NCBI GenBank assembly: GCA_963743915.1
Contig: CAVURN010000001.1
Location: forward strand, 862,683-926,682
Length of the DNA: 64,000 bases
Source: an uncultured Actinomycetota bacterium
GTDB lineage: Bacteria; Actinomycetota; Actinomycetes; JAHEKZ01
Direction of reading: 5' to 3'
The translations under genes were made by a program, and so were the position numbers. This document shows, piece after piece, positions 28,614-39,224 of the stretch; the first letter of the stretch is position 1; the number at the start of each line of letters is the position of its first letter. The notes under the pieces were generated by a model that ran no database searches, was not told the origin of the DNA, and saw nothing but the letters and a program-made list of their open reading frames with translations.

Positions 28614-29240
28614 CTACGGCTGGGGAGTCCAGCGGAGGTAGGGCTTGACCTCTTCGACCTCACCGAACTTGGCCTTGGCGTCCTCGGTCGACATCGCCGG
28701 AGAGACGATCACCCGCTGGCCCGGTGTCCAGTCCGCGGGGGTGGAGACCGGCTGGGCATCGGTGAGCTGCAGGGCGTCGACCACTCGCAGGATCTCGTCG
28801 AAGTTGCGGCCGACCGACTTGGGGTACGTCAGCGTCAGACGGACCTTGTTGCTCGGGTCGATGATGAAGACCGAGCGCACGGTCGAGGTGTCGCCCTCAC
28901 CGGGGTGGATCATGTCGTAGAGCTCAGAGACCTTGCGGTCGGGATCGGCGATGATCGGGAAGTTGAGGGGGATGCCGCCGACGTCCTTGATGTCGGGCGC
29001 CCAGCCCTTGTGGTCCTCGACCGAGTCGACCGACACGGCGATCGTCTTGACTCCGCGCTTGCCGAACTCGTCGCTGAGTCCCGCGGTGCGACCGAGCTCG
29101 GTGGTGCACACCGGAGTGAAGTCAGCCGGGTGGCTGAAGAGGACGGCCCAGGAGCCGTTCTTCCACTCGTGGAAGTCGATCTGGCCCTCGGTGGTGTCGG
29201 CGGTGAAGTTCGGAGCCTCGTCGCCCAGGTGGATGCTCAT
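28614..29240 (-). CDS. 1-Cys peroxiredoxin (Prx6)
   Basis: LFSHPADFTPVCTTELG, TVRSVFIIDP, GRNFDEILR. Confidence 0.95.
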   Translation of the reverse strand: MSIHLGDEAPNFTADTTEGQIDFHEWKNGSWAVLFSHPADFTPVCTTELGRTAGLSDEFGKRGVKTIAVSVDSVEDHKGWAPDIKDVGGIPLNFPIIADPDRKVSELYDMIHPGEGDTSTVRSVFIIDPSNKVRLTLTYPKSVGRNFDEILRVVDALQLTDAQPVSTPADWTPGQRVIVSPAMSTEDAKAKFGEVEEVKPYLRWTPQP

Positions 29241-29407
29241 GGTGCCTCCTCGCACGCGTGTGGACGGGACACGTCCATTCTTCCCCCAGGGGGTCGCCGG
29301 CCCCGCGGCGGGGGGACCGTCGTGGCATCACGGCGAGCGGCCCATGTCTCGGTAGGGTCGGCGGGTCCGTCAGGGACCACGACATCGCGCAGCGAGGGGC
29401 GTCACGC

Positions 29408-30482
29408 ATGGAGGAAACCGTCTTCGTCACGGTGCTGCTCGTCCGGTTCTTCCTGCCCTTCACCATCCTGCGATATCCGCTGCCCGGCGTGGTCGCCTGC
29501 CTGGTGGTCGACGGGATCGACCAGTCGATCTTCCAGGCCTTCGGCTTCGACCCGCCCTTCTACCAGTCCTACGACAAGGCGATGGATGTCTTCTACCTCG
29601 GAGTCGCGTACATCTCGACGATGCGCAACTGGGTGAGCCTTCAGGCCTTCGAGGTCTCGCGCTTCCTGTTCTTCTACCGCCAGGTCGGTGTGGTCGCCTT
29701 CGAGCTGACCCAGGTGCGCACGCTGCTGCTGATCTTCCCGAACACCTTCGAGTACTTCTTCATCGCCTACGAGGGGATTCGGGCGCGATGGAACTCGGTC
29801 CGGTTCCAGATGAAGTTCTGGGTGGTGGTTGCCGCCCTGATCTGGATCTTCATCAAGCTGCCCCAGGAGTACTGGATCCACGTCGCCCAGCTGGACTTCA
29901 CCGACACCGTCAAGGAGGTGTCCTGGTTCCTCCCGCTGATCGTGGTCGGCAGCCTGATCCTGCTGGCCATCCTCTGGTTCGTGGTCCGTCCCCGCCTCGA
30001 CCCCGCCGATCACGGGTGGCAGATCAAGGCGCCGCCGTTGCCGGAGGGAATCGACGACGCCGGAGAGCGAGCCTCCTTCATGGCGCAGTACGGCCGGGTC
30101 TGGTCGGTCGCGTCGCTGGAGAAGGTCTTTCTCATCGGCTTGCTCTTCATCATCTTCAGCCAGGTGCTGCCCAACGTGGACGTGAGCAACCTTGCCCTGT
30201 TCCTCTGGGTCGCGGTCTTCGTGCTTCTCAACGCGATTCTCAGTCTCTGGGTGGCGCGCAAGGGATGGAGCACCGAGTCGGTGCTCAGCACCTTCGTCGC
30301 ACGACTCGTGGTCAACGGCGTGATCCTCTTCGTCATCGACCTGTTCTTCTTCGAGCGGCTGGTGCTGGGCGCGGCGCTCTTCTTCCTGCATGCTGTTCAG
30401 CGTCCTGATCACGCTGTACGACCGCTATCGTCCGGTCCATGAGTTCCGCTTCCACTCAGGACGGGTAGCGGACGCGACATGA
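29408..30482 (+). CDS. Polytopic membrane hypothetical protein (frameshift ~30388)
   Basis: YQSYDKAMDVFY, FPNTFEYFF, IKLPQEYWIHVAQLD; corrected end overlaps the next ATG (ATGA). Confidence 0.7.
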
Positions 30483-31186
30483 CCCGTCCCGTCATCGGCA
30501 TCTCCGCCTACCGCGAGCAGGCGCGCTGGGGGGTCTGGGACCAGCCCGCCGTGCTGATTCCGGCGACCTACGTCGACCAGGTGGCGGCTGCCGGTGGACT
30601 GCCCGTCGTGCTGCCGCCGTCGACCGGCCCGGACCCCCAGGTGCTCGAGCTGCTGGACGGGCTGGTGCTGGCAGGTGGCGCCGACCTCAACCCGGAGCGC
30701 TACGGCCAGGCACCCCACGCCGAGACCGCTGGATGGCGGGACGACCGTGACGCCGGAGAGCTCGCCCTCGTCGACGGTGCGCTGGAGCGCGACCTCCCCG
30801 TGCTCGGGATCTGTCGCGGGCTGCAGATCATGACGGTGCACGCCGGGGGACGCCTCGAGCAGCACCTGCCCGACGTCGTAGGCCACGAGGGGCATCGCCC
30901 CGAACCCGGGGTCTTCGGCATCCATGACGTCACGCTTGCGTCAGGCTCACGGGTGCACGCCGTCCTGGGTGACCAGGTCAGCGTCAAGAGCTATCACCAC
31001 CAAGGAGTTGGCGACGCCGGATCGCTCCACGTCACCGGCCATGCCCCCGACGGCTCGATCGAGGTGGTCGAGGTGCCGGGCAAGCGGTTCGCCGTGGGCG
31101 TCCTGTGGCATCCCGAGGCAGGGGAGGACCCTCGGCTGTTCGAGGCTCTTGTGGCTGCCGCTTCCACAGCGAGGGGGAGTCGATGA
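30479..31186 (+). CDS. Gamma-glutamyl-gamma-aminobutyrate hydrolase family (PuuD-like, peptidase C26)
   Basis: RPVIGI, GLVLAGGADL, PVLGICRGLQ, SYHHQ, WHPE. Confidence 0.92.
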   Translation: MTRPVIGISAYREQARWGVWDQPAVLIPATYVDQVAAAGGLPVVLPPSTGPDPQVLELLDGLVLAGGADLNPERYGQAPHAETAGWRDDRDAGELALVDGALERDLPVLGICRGLQIMTVHAGGRLEQHLPDVVGHEGHRPEPGVFGIHDVTLASGSRVHAVLGDQVSVKSYHHQGVGDAGSLHVTGHAPDGSIEVVEVPGKRFAVGVLWHPEAGEDPRLFEALVAAASTARGSR

Positions 31187-31288
31187 GTCACGACGATCGA
31201 AACCTGTTGCGCACCTTCACCGCCGTGGATCGACGGGCCGACCTACTGGTCGGGGTCCTGTCGTCAGGCGACTGACGGGCACCGCACA

Positions 31289-31309
31289 CGATCCTCCATT
31301 GGAGGATCG
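31289..31309. terminator. Perfect 21-bp palindrome between convergent genes (terminator or operator)
   Basis: CGATCCTCCA-T-TGGAGGATCG. Confidence 0.4.
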
Positions 31310-31362
31310 GCTGCGTTCCGGAAACGTCAGGATCCCAACCGCAGGGAATCCGCCGATCCGGG

Positions 31363-32128
31363 TCACAGAGGGGTGACGTAGGCCCCGGAGATCCCGCCGT
31401 CGACCAGGAAGTTCGACGCCGTCATGAAGGAGGCGTCGTCACTGGCGAGGAACGCCACCGCGGCCGCGATCTCCTCCGGCTCACCGAAGCGGCCCATCGG
31501 CACGTGCACCAGGCGACGCTGGGCGCGCTCGGGATCCTTGGCGAACAGCTCGATGAGCAGGGGGGTGGCCACCGGGCCGGGGGAGACGGCGTTCACGCGG
31601 ATGCCCTCGCGCGCGAACTGGACGCCGAGCTCACGGGTCATGGCGAGCACGCCGCCCTTGCTGGCGGTGTAGGAGATCTGCGAGGTCGCTGCACCCATGG
31701 TAGCGACGAACGACGCGGTGTTGATGATCGATCCCTTGCCCTGACGCTGCATGTAGGGGATCACGGCCTTGCAGCCGAGGTAGACCGACGTGAGGTTGAC
31801 CTCCTGGACGCAGACGCCACGCTTCCAGGTCGGTCTCGAGGATCGAGTCGTCCTGAGGGGGTGAGATCCCGGCGTTGTGGAAGGCGATGTCGACGCTTCC
31901 GAAGGCGTCGACTGTCTCCGCATACATCCGCTGGTTGTCGTCCGGGCTCGTCACATCGGCATGGATGTACTTGCCGCTCACTGCTGCAGCCGCGGCCTCG
32001 CCGGCCTCGTCGTTCATGTCGACGATGACGACGGTGGCACCCTCCGAGGCCATCCGCTTGGCGGTGGCGAGTCCGATCCCGCTCCCCCCACCGGTGATGA
32101 CGGCCACCCGGCCCTGGAGTCGATCCAC
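31363..32128 (-). CDS. Short-chain dehydrogenase/reductase (frameshift ~31815)
   Basis: VITGGGSGIG, HNAGI, YTASKGG (YxxxK), VNAVSPG. Confidence 0.9.
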
Positions 32129-32133
32129 CCTGA

Positions 32134-33501
32134 TCACCCTTCCGAAGTGATGAAGACGTTCTTGACGTCGGTGAAGGCGTCAAGGGCATCCGGCCCGAGC
32201 TCACGGCCGAGCCCGGACTGCTTGAAGCCGCCGAACGGCGTCCAGTAGCGCACCGACGAGTGCGAGTTGACCGAGATGGCGCCGGTGTCGACGGCGCGCG
32301 ACACCCGGATGGCCCGCGCGACGTCGCGCGTCCAGATCGAGCCGGAGAGCCCGAAGTCGGAGTCGTTGGCGAGGCGGATCGCGTCGGCTTCGTCCTCGAA
32401 CGGGACGACGACGACCACCGGGCCGAAGATCTCCTCGCGGAAGGTGCGGTCCGACGCGCTCACCGGCGCCAGGACGGTCGGTGCGAACCAGAAGCCAGGG
32501 CCGTCCGGTGCGGATCCCCGGAAGGCGACCGGTGCCTCCTCCGGGACGTAGGAGGAGACGGTCTCCCACTGACCTCGGCTGATCAGCGGTCCCATCTCGG
32601 CGGTGTCGAGTGACGGGTCCTCGACCCGGACACCCTTGACCGCCGGCTCGAGCAGTTCCATGAAGCGGTCGTAGACGGTGCGCTCCACGAGGATCCGCGA
32701 GCGGGCGCAGCAGTCCTGCCCTGCGTTGTCGAAGACTCCGTAGGGCGCGGTGGCCGCAGCCTTGTCGAGGTCGGCATCGGCGAAGACGACGTTGGCGCTC
32801 TTGCCGCCGAGCTCGAGCGTGACCCGCTTGACGTGGTCTGCCGCTCCTCGCATGACGCGCTTGCCGACATCCGTCGAGCCGGTGAACACCAGCTTGCGCA
32901 CGGCTGGGTGGGTAACGAAACGTTCTCCGACGATGGATCCCTTGCCGGGGATCACGGTGAAGACGCCCTCGGGCAGCCCTGCCTCGAGGGCCAGCTCGCC
33001 GATCCGCATCGCCGTCAGGGGAGTGAGCTCCGCGGGTTTGAGCACGACCGTGTTGCCGGCAGCCAGCGCGGGTGCGAAACCCCAGCCGGCGATCGGCATG
33101 GGGAAGTTCCAGGGCACGATGACGCCGACGACGCCGAGTGGCTCCTTGAACGTGACGTCCAGCCCGTTCGGCACCGGGATCTGGCGACCGAAGAGCCGCT
33201 CAGGTGCGGCCGAGTAGTAGTTCAGGACGTCCCGGACGTTGCCCGCCTCCCAGCGGGCGTTGCTGATGGTGTGGCCGGCGTTGACCACCTCGAGCCGCGC
33301 CAGCTCCTCGACGTGGGCGTCCACGACCGCGGCGAACTGTCGCAGCAGGCGCGCCCGGTCCCCGGGCGCGACGTGGCGCCAGCTCTCGAAGGCCCGGGCT
33401 GCCCGTTCGATCGCCGCGTCGGTCGCGGCGACGTCGGCGAGCTCCACGGTGCGGACGAGGGACTCGTCGGCCGGATTGATGACGTCGTGCGTAGCAGTCA
33501 C
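32134..33501 (-). CDS. Aldehyde dehydrogenase (gamma-glutamyl-aldehyde DH-like)
   Basis: IVPWNFP, FTGST, LELGGKS, NAGQDCCA, EEIFGP, PFGGFKQSG. Confidence 0.93.
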   Translation of the reverse strand: MTATHDVINPADESLVRTVELADVAATDAAIERAARAFESWRHVAPGDRARLLRQFAAVVDAHVEELARLEVVNAGHTISNARWEAGNVRDVLNYYSAAPERLFGRQIPVPNGLDVTFKEPLGVVGVIVPWNFPMPIAGWGFAPALAAGNTVVLKPAELTPLTAMRIGELALEAGLPEGVFTVIPGKGSIVGERFVTHPAVRKLVFTGSTDVGKRVMRGAADHVKRVTLELGGKSANVVFADADLDKAAATAPYGVFDNAGQDCCARSRILVERTVYDRFMELLEPAVKGVRVEDPSLDTAEMGPLISRGQWETVSSYVPEEAPVAFRGSAPDGPGFWFAPTVLAPVSASDRTFREEIFGPVVVVVPFEDEADAIRLANDSDFGLSGSIWTRDVARAIRVSRAVDTGAISVNSHSSVRYWTPFGGFKQSGLGRELGPDALDAFTDVKNVFITSEG

Positions 33502-33514
33502 GGGACTTCCCAGC

Positions 33515-34897
33515 TCAGAATCGCTCGAAGTTACGCCGCAGCTCCCAGTCGGTCACCGTCGAGGTGTACGACGCCAGCTCGATCCGGGCCATGTTGGCGT
33601 AGTGGTCGACCACATCATCGCCGAACGCCTCACGTGCGAACGCGGAGCCCTCCCACAGCTCCAAGGCGGCGTCCATCGTGTGGGGAACCTTGGGCAGGTC
33701 GGAGATGTAGGCGTTGCCCTCCAGCGCCGGCTCGAGCTCGAGACCCCTCTCCATGCCGTCGATGCCGCTTGCGACCAGTGCCGCGGTGGCCAGGTAGGGG
33801 TTGATGTCCCCGCCGGGCACCCGGTTCTCCATCCGAAGGCCGTGCCCGTGGCCGACCAGGCGTACCGCGCACGTGCGGTTGTCGCGACCCCAGGCGACCG
33901 TCGTGGGCGCGAACGAGCCAGGGACGAACCGCTTGTAGGAGTTGATGTTCGGGGCGGACAGCAGCGTCAGCTCTCGCATGTGGGCCAGCGTGCCGGCCAC
34001 GAAGCTCCGTCCCAACGGTGACAGCTGGGCATGGTCGTCGGCGTCGGCCATGACGGCCTCGCCGTCCCGATGCCCCTTCCCGTTGCCCCGCACCGAGATG
34101 TGGATGTGGCACGAGTTGCCCTCGCGTTCGTTGAACTTGGCCATGAAGGTCAGGGCCATGCCCTCCAACGAGGCGATCTCCTTGGCGGCCTCCTTGTAGA
34201 TCACGTGGTTGTCACACGAGGTCAGGGCGTCGGCGTAGCGAAAGGCGATCTCATGCTGCCCCAGGTTGCACTCGCCCTTGGCCGACTCGACGTACAGCCC
34301 GGCACCTTCCATCGCCAGGCGGATCCGGCGCAGCAGCGGTTCGACCCGTGCCGTGCCCAGCAGCGAGTAGTCGACGTTGTACTGGTTGGCCGGGATCAGA
34401 TTCCGGTACCCCTTGTCCCACGCCTCCTCGTAGGTGTCGCGGAAGACGATGAACTCCAGCTCGGTGCCGATGTACGCGGTCAGTCCCATGTCCGCGAGCC
34501 GGGCCAGCTGGCGTCGCAGGATCTGACGTGGGGACGCGACCACGTCGGTGCCGTCCTCCCACTGCAGGTCGGCCAGGAGCAGCGCGGCGCCCGGCTGCCA
34601 GGGCATCCACCGCAGCGTGTCGAAGTCGGGGGCCATGACGAAGTCGCCGTAGCCGCGCTCCCACGAGGACATCGAGTATCCCTCGACGGTGTTCATGTCG
34701 ACGTCGACCGCGAGCAGGTAGTTGCACCCCTCGGTGCCGTGGTGGGACACCTCGTTGAGGAAGAACCGCGCCGAGAGCCGTTTGCCCTGCAGCCGTCCTT
34801 GCATGTCCGTGATGGCGAGGACCACGGTGTCGATCTCCCCGCTGTCGACTGCGTTCCTCAGCTGCTCCAACGTCATCAGACCTTCGAGCTGCGACAT
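33515..34897 (-). CDS. Glutamine synthetase-like gamma-glutamyl-amine synthetase (GlnA4/PuuA-like)
   Basis: DMQGRLQGK, GTELEF, KGECNLGQHEI, GNSCHIH, NSYKRF...FAPT...DNRT, ENRVPGGD; followed by ALDH and SDR genes. Confidence 0.9.
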   Translation of the reverse strand: MSQLEGLMTLEQLRNAVDSGEIDTVVLAITDMQGRLQGKRLSARFFLNEVSHHGTEGCNYLLAVDVDMNTVEGYSMSSWERGYGDFVMAPDFDTLRWMPWQPGAALLLADLQWEDGTDVVASPRQILRRQLARLADMGLTAYIGTELEFIVFRDTYEEAWDKGYRNLIPANQYNVDYSLLGTARVEPLLRRIRLAMEGAGLYVESAKGECNLGQHEIAFRYADALTSCDNHVIYKEAAKEIASLEGMALTFMAKFNEREGNSCHIHISVRGNGKGHRDGEAVMADADDHAQLSPLGRSFVAGTLAHMRELTLLSAPNINSYKRFVPGSFAPTTVAWGRDNRTCAVRLVGHGHGLRMENRVPGGDINPYLATAALVASGIDGMERGLELEPALEGNAYISDLPKVPHTMDAALELWEGSAFAREAFGDDVVDHYANMARIELASYTSTVTDWELRRNFERF

Positions 34898-34997
34898 GCG
34901 TCCTCCTGCTCGTGCGACCCCGTCGGACGGACGCTAGTGCCCCACGGGGGTCGGGGCAATGGTCCTAGGTCTAGCGTGACCGCGTGGAGGAGGCAGG

Positions 34998-35762
34998 GTG
35001 ACCGGTCCCGCATCGGAGGTCGAGCGCAACCGCGATCTGTGGTCGCTCGTCAACGCTCAGCACACCGACCACGATGCCTTCCGGCAGTGGTCGGCCGAGG
35101 ACATCCGTTGGGGCCTCTTCGGCATCCCCGAGGCGACGATCGGTGTCCTCGGCGACGTCACGGGACTGGACGTCCTCGAGCTGGGGTGCGGTACGGCGTT
35201 CTTCTCGTCCTGGCTCATGCGGGCTGGTGCCCGCCCGGTCGCCGTGGATGTGACCCCGGCGCAGCTGGACACGGCGCGACGCTGCCAGAAGCAGTTCGGT
35301 CTGCAGTTCCCCCTGATCGAGGCCGACGCCGCGGACGTCCCCCTGCCGTCCGCGCGCTTCGACCTGGTCGTCAGCGAGCACGGCGCTGGGGTGTGGTGTC
35401 GCCCGGAAGGATGGGTGGCCGAGGCCGCCCGGCTGCTCCGTCCGCGGGGGCGGCTGGTCTTCCTCGTCAACAGCATGGTGTCGACGCTGTGCGTGCCCGC
35501 CGAGGGCGGACCGGCAGGGGACCGGCTGCTGAGAGGTCAGCGGGGACTGTCGCCGGTCGAGTGGCCGGGGGGAGGCGTCGAGCACCACCTCTCCCACGGT
35601 GAGTGGATCGCGGTCCTGCGGCGCCACGGGTTCACGGTCGACGCGCTCCACGAGCTCTACCCGCCGGACGACGCGGCGTCCCCGGAGTACTACGACATCG
35701 TCACGGCCGACTGGGCGCGCAAGTGGCCCGCGGAGGAGCTCTGGGTCGCCACCCTGGCCTAG
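34998..35762 (+). CDS. Class I SAM-dependent methyltransferase
   Basis: VLELGCGTA, VDVTPAQL, FDLVVSEHGA, ARLLRPRG. Confidence 0.9.
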   Translation: MTGPASEVERNRDLWSLVNAQHTDHDAFRQWSAEDIRWGLFGIPEATIGVLGDVTGLDVLELGCGTAFFSSWLMRAGARPVAVDVTPAQLDTARRCQKQFGLQFPLIEADAADVPLPSARFDLVVSEHGAGVWCRPEGWVAEAARLLRPRGRLVFLVNSMVSTLCVPAEGGPAGDRLLRGQRGLSPVEWPGGGVEHHLSHGEWIAVLRRHGFTVDALHELYPPDDAASPEYYDIVTADWARKWPAEELWVATLA

Positions 35763-36910
35763 AAGTTGTCGACGTGGGGGTGGGGGTGGTCGGAGGCCCG
35801 ACGCTGGAACGAGAGGATCTTGGGGTTCTGGATCACGCCTTCCCGGATCTCGATCGCCAGCCGGATGCTGGGGTCCTGGTCCCACGCCTCCGGCCCCGAC
35901 ATCACCGTCCGCAGGTAGGGGATGAGCGCCTCGCTGATCGTCCAGGTGGCCGAGTTCCAGAGATAGGCGGGGCTGTGGTCCACGCCGTAGTAGGTGACCC
36001 CGTCCCCGACCACGAAGGTGGGCTGCTCGAAGGTGGTGGGTCGAGCGAACGCGAAGCCCATGCCCAGGTCGCACGAGACGTCGACGATGAGTGAGCCAGG
36101 GGGGAAGTGGGCGATCTCGCTGTGGTCGACGAACATCGACGGGCTGTCGGTGTCCTGCAGGACGCAGTTGACCACGATGTCGTGCCCCGCCAGGAACTGC
36201 GCGGTCGGCGTCCGCTCCTCGTCGAGGATCACCTCGGAACGGCTGGGATCGTCCTCGAGCCTCTCCAGGTGACCCATCACGAGACCAGGGATGGGGGACG
36301 CGACCGCCGTCAGGTCACGCATCGTCAGCACCGTGATGTCGTGGATCCCCAGCGACTGCAGGGCGGTGATGGCTCCCCGCGCAGTGTTCCCGAACCCGAT
36401 CACCGCGGCCGTCATGTGCCGGCCGTAGTGCCCTGTGGTCCCGGACAGGACCAGCGCGTGCAGCACCGAGCAGTAGCCGGCGAGCTCGTTGTTCAGGTGG
36501 AAGACGTGCACCATGAAGCTCCCACCAGGTGTCCAGTGGTTCATGGCCTCCCACGCGATCAGGGTGAGCCGCTTGTCGATCGCCAGCTGGGTGAGGGGCG
36601 TGTCCTGGACCGCGTGCGGCCACCCCCACAGCACCTGGTCGTCGCGCAGCGACTTGATGTCGGCCAACGTGGGCTTGGGGAGCAGGACGACGTCGGATGC
36701 GGCGATGATCTCGTCGTGGGTCAGCATCCCGGCCACGAGCGGCGCGAGGTGGCTGTCACTGACGCCGTAGCGCTCGCCGTACCCGTGCTCGAGGAAGAGG
36801 GACGCGCGCAGGTCGTCGTCGATGCGCTCGATGTGAGCAGGATGCAGCGGAAGGCGTCGCTCGTTCTCCTTGGTCGAGGTGCCCAGCACTCCGAGCTTGA
36901 GCAGATCCAT
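35759..36910 (-). CDS. N5-(carboxyethyl)ornithine synthase / alanine dehydrogenase-PNT family protein
   Basis: KENERRLP, LWGWPHAVQ, NNELAGYCSVLHAL, VIGFGNTARGA, IVDVSCD, YYGVDHSP. Confidence 0.85.
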   Translation of the reverse strand: MDLLKLGVLGTSTKENERRLPLHPAHIERIDDDLRASLFLEHGYGERYGVSDSHLAPLVAGMLTHDEIIAASDVVLLPKPTLADIKSLRDDQVLWGWPHAVQDTPLTQLAIDKRLTLIAWEAMNHWTPGGSFMVHVFHLNNELAGYCSVLHALVLSGTTGHYGRHMTAAVIGFGNTARGAITALQSLGIHDITVLTMRDLTAVASPIPGLVMGHLERLEDDPSRSEVILDEERTPTAQFLAGHDIVVNCVLQDTDSPSMFVDHSEIAHFPPGSLIVDVSCDLGMGFAFARPTTFEQPTFVVGDGVTYYGVDHSPAYLWNSATWTISEALIPYLRTVMSGPEAWDQDPSIRLAIEIREGVIQNPKILSFQRRASDHPHPHVDNF

Positions 36911-36948
36911 TGCCGCCTACTTTCTCGTGTGTGTCTCCTGCGTACCGG

Positions 36949-36986
36949 TGCCCGGGCATGCCTGGCAAGGGGCCAATGCCCGGGCA
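36949..36986. promoter_or_regulatory. Inverted repeat made of two self-palindromic TGCCCGGGCA units upstream of the CEOS-like gene
   Basis: TGCCCGGGCAT (36949-36959) and ATGCCCGGGCA (36976-36986). Confidence 0.35.
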
Positions 36987-37014
36987 ATCTCGCGAGGCGC
37001 GAGCAGGCTCGGCC

Positions 37015-37635
37015 TCAGGGGGCAGCAGCTCCCACGGGAGCGAGACCGGCGTCGGCCAGGAGTGCGGTGACCAACGCATCGTGGTCGCCGCGGACGAGGT
37101 CGCCGATGGGATCCTGCGTGTACTCCACGAGGTCGTCGATCGGCAGCGACAAGGCGGCCCGCATGGCAAGCAGACGGCGTCGCTCGGGGTCGTGGGCCTC
37201 CCGGTAGACCAGCCCGGCGGCGCGCAGTCGACGGATCTGCGCGACCCGTACGGGGAGGTAGAGGACGACGACGATGGCGGCCGGGACGGCGAAGGTGAGG
37301 AGGCCGAGGGCGAGGGCCAGCCGATGGATGGCGGTGTCCCCGGTCAGGGCCAGCTCGACGATGTTGCCACCGCTGGCGGTGCCCGCCGCCTCCAAGGCGC
37401 CGGCGAGCTCGTCGCCGACGAGAGGGGTTCCGGCGAGGACCTCGGCGGCCGAGCCGAACCCGCTCTGCACTGACGACCCGGCGCCCTGGACGGCGTCCGT
37501 CACGGACCGAAGATCGTCGACCAGCAGGTACACGCGACGTCCGAGCCAGGCGAGCAACGCCAGCGACGCCACCACGAGGACATCGCGCGCAATGGTCGTC
37601 CGTCGTTGGCGCTTCTCCGACGGGTACAGCGTCAT
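37015..37635 (-). CDS. Membrane-associated hypothetical protein
   Basis: Two TM segments; PLVGDELAGAL, LLAMRAAL...DPIGDL. Confidence 0.7.
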   Translation of the reverse strand: MTLYPSEKRQRRTTIARDVLVVASLALLAWLGRRVYLLVDDLRSVTDAVQGAGSSVQSGFGSAAEVLAGTPLVGDELAGALEAAGTASGGNIVELALTGDTAIHRLALALGLLTFAVPAAIVVVLYLPVRVAQIRRLRAAGLVYREAHDPERRRLLAMRAALSLPIDDLVEYTQDPIGDLVRGDHDALVTALLADAGLAPVGAAAP

Positions 37636-37714
37636 GGACCCCACCTCCGGCCCCCTTTCTACGCCAGATCGGGAGTCCTGAACGGCGGATCAGGCTGCGG
37701 GTACCCTCATCCGG

Positions 37715-39197
37715 ATGACGATCCGCATGGTGAGTGCCTGCGCGGTGACGGTCGCGACGATGGCGGTGACCGGATGCACGGACGCATCGCGGGACGTGGT
37801 CGAAGACGCGACGGTGCGCGTCATGCAGTTCAACATCGAGTACGGGGGCACTGTTGTCGACTTCGCCAGCGTGCCCGCTGCGATCGAGGCGGCCGACGCC
37901 GACGTCGTGGCCGTCCAGGAGGCTTACGGCCACACCTGCCGGATCGCCCGGGCCCTCGACTGGCAGTACTGCGACCCTCGCACCCAGACGCTGTCGCGGT
38001 TGCCTCTGATCACGCCTCCGGACCCGGCCGCTCCCGAGGTTCTCGTCGCCGTCGAGCCCGGCCGGGTCCTTGCGGTCATCAATGTCCACCTGCCCTCGGC
38101 ACCGTACGGTCCGAACAAGGCGGCCGCCGGCGCCTCCGCAGAAGAGCTGGTAGCCGCCGAGGACGGGCGCCTCGACGCCTTCGCGCCGGCGCTTGAGGCG
38201 GTGGGGCGCCTCCAGGCAGCGGGTCTGCCCGTCATCGTGACGGGCGACTTCAACGCGCCCTCTCACCGCGACTGGACCGAGGCCACCGCTGGGCTGCGGG
38301 ACCACGTCCGGCCCGTCGAGTGGCCCGTGTCCCTCGCTGCTGAGGAGGCCGGCCTGGTGGACGTGTACCGGACGGTCCACCCCGATCCGGTCGCTGACGA
38401 GGGGTTGACCTGGCCCGCCGCCCGTCCGAAGGCGGGGAGCTACAACCCCGGTCTCGTGGGCCGGCCCGCCGACCGAATCGACATGACCTTCGCCTCCGCC
38501 GACATCGCTGTGCAGAGCTCGGAGATCCTCGGCGAGCAGGGCGCCGACGTCACCGACATCGTGGTCGAACCGTGGCCCACCGACCATCGGTCGGTGGTCT
38601 CCGAGCTGCGCGTACCGCTGGGCGATCCCGGGCCCTACATCTCCCCCGTCCGGCGTCTCGTCGAACAGGGCGAGGAGATCGAGCTGCTGGTGTCGGGGAA
38701 GCCATCGGGGCAGGAGGTCGTGGTGCGGGGCGACGGGGTCCGGTTCTCCCTTCCGCTTGCGGACGACGTCCACACGCTCACTCTGGACACGGCGCTGCTG
38801 GAAGCGGGGACGTACACCTTCACGATGGTCGGGGCAGATGGTGCCCCGGTCGCCACCAACCAGCTCTGGGTGAAGTCGCCGGGCACGGCGACCGAGCTTC
38901 GCGCAGGGAAGGAGACTTACGGCGTAGGTGAACCCGTGGATGTGACGTGGGCCGACGCCCCCGGCAACAAATGGGACTGGATCGGCGTGTACCGGCGCGA
39001 CGCCGATCCGAACACCGCCTGGTACAAGAACTGGCTCTACACCGGCGCGACGATCGCAGGTGAGGGGACCATCGACGGTCGAACCGAAGGCGGTCCGTGG
39101 CCGCTGCCTCCCGGGGAGTACGACATCGTGCTCCTCGCTGATGACAGCTATGCCGAACTCGCCCGCGCACCCTTCACGGTGACCAAGGCGCTCCTAG
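37715..39197 (+). CDS. Endonuclease/exonuclease/phosphatase-family lipoprotein (true stop probably ~39197; track ORF reads through)
   Basis: Lipobox VTG-C; VMQFNI, DVVAVQE, TGDFNAPSH, DRID, PTDHR; C-terminal beta domain DWIGVY. Confidence 0.8.
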
Positions 39198-39224
39198 GCC
39201 CGCGAGGATTGTCCGCCGCGTACG

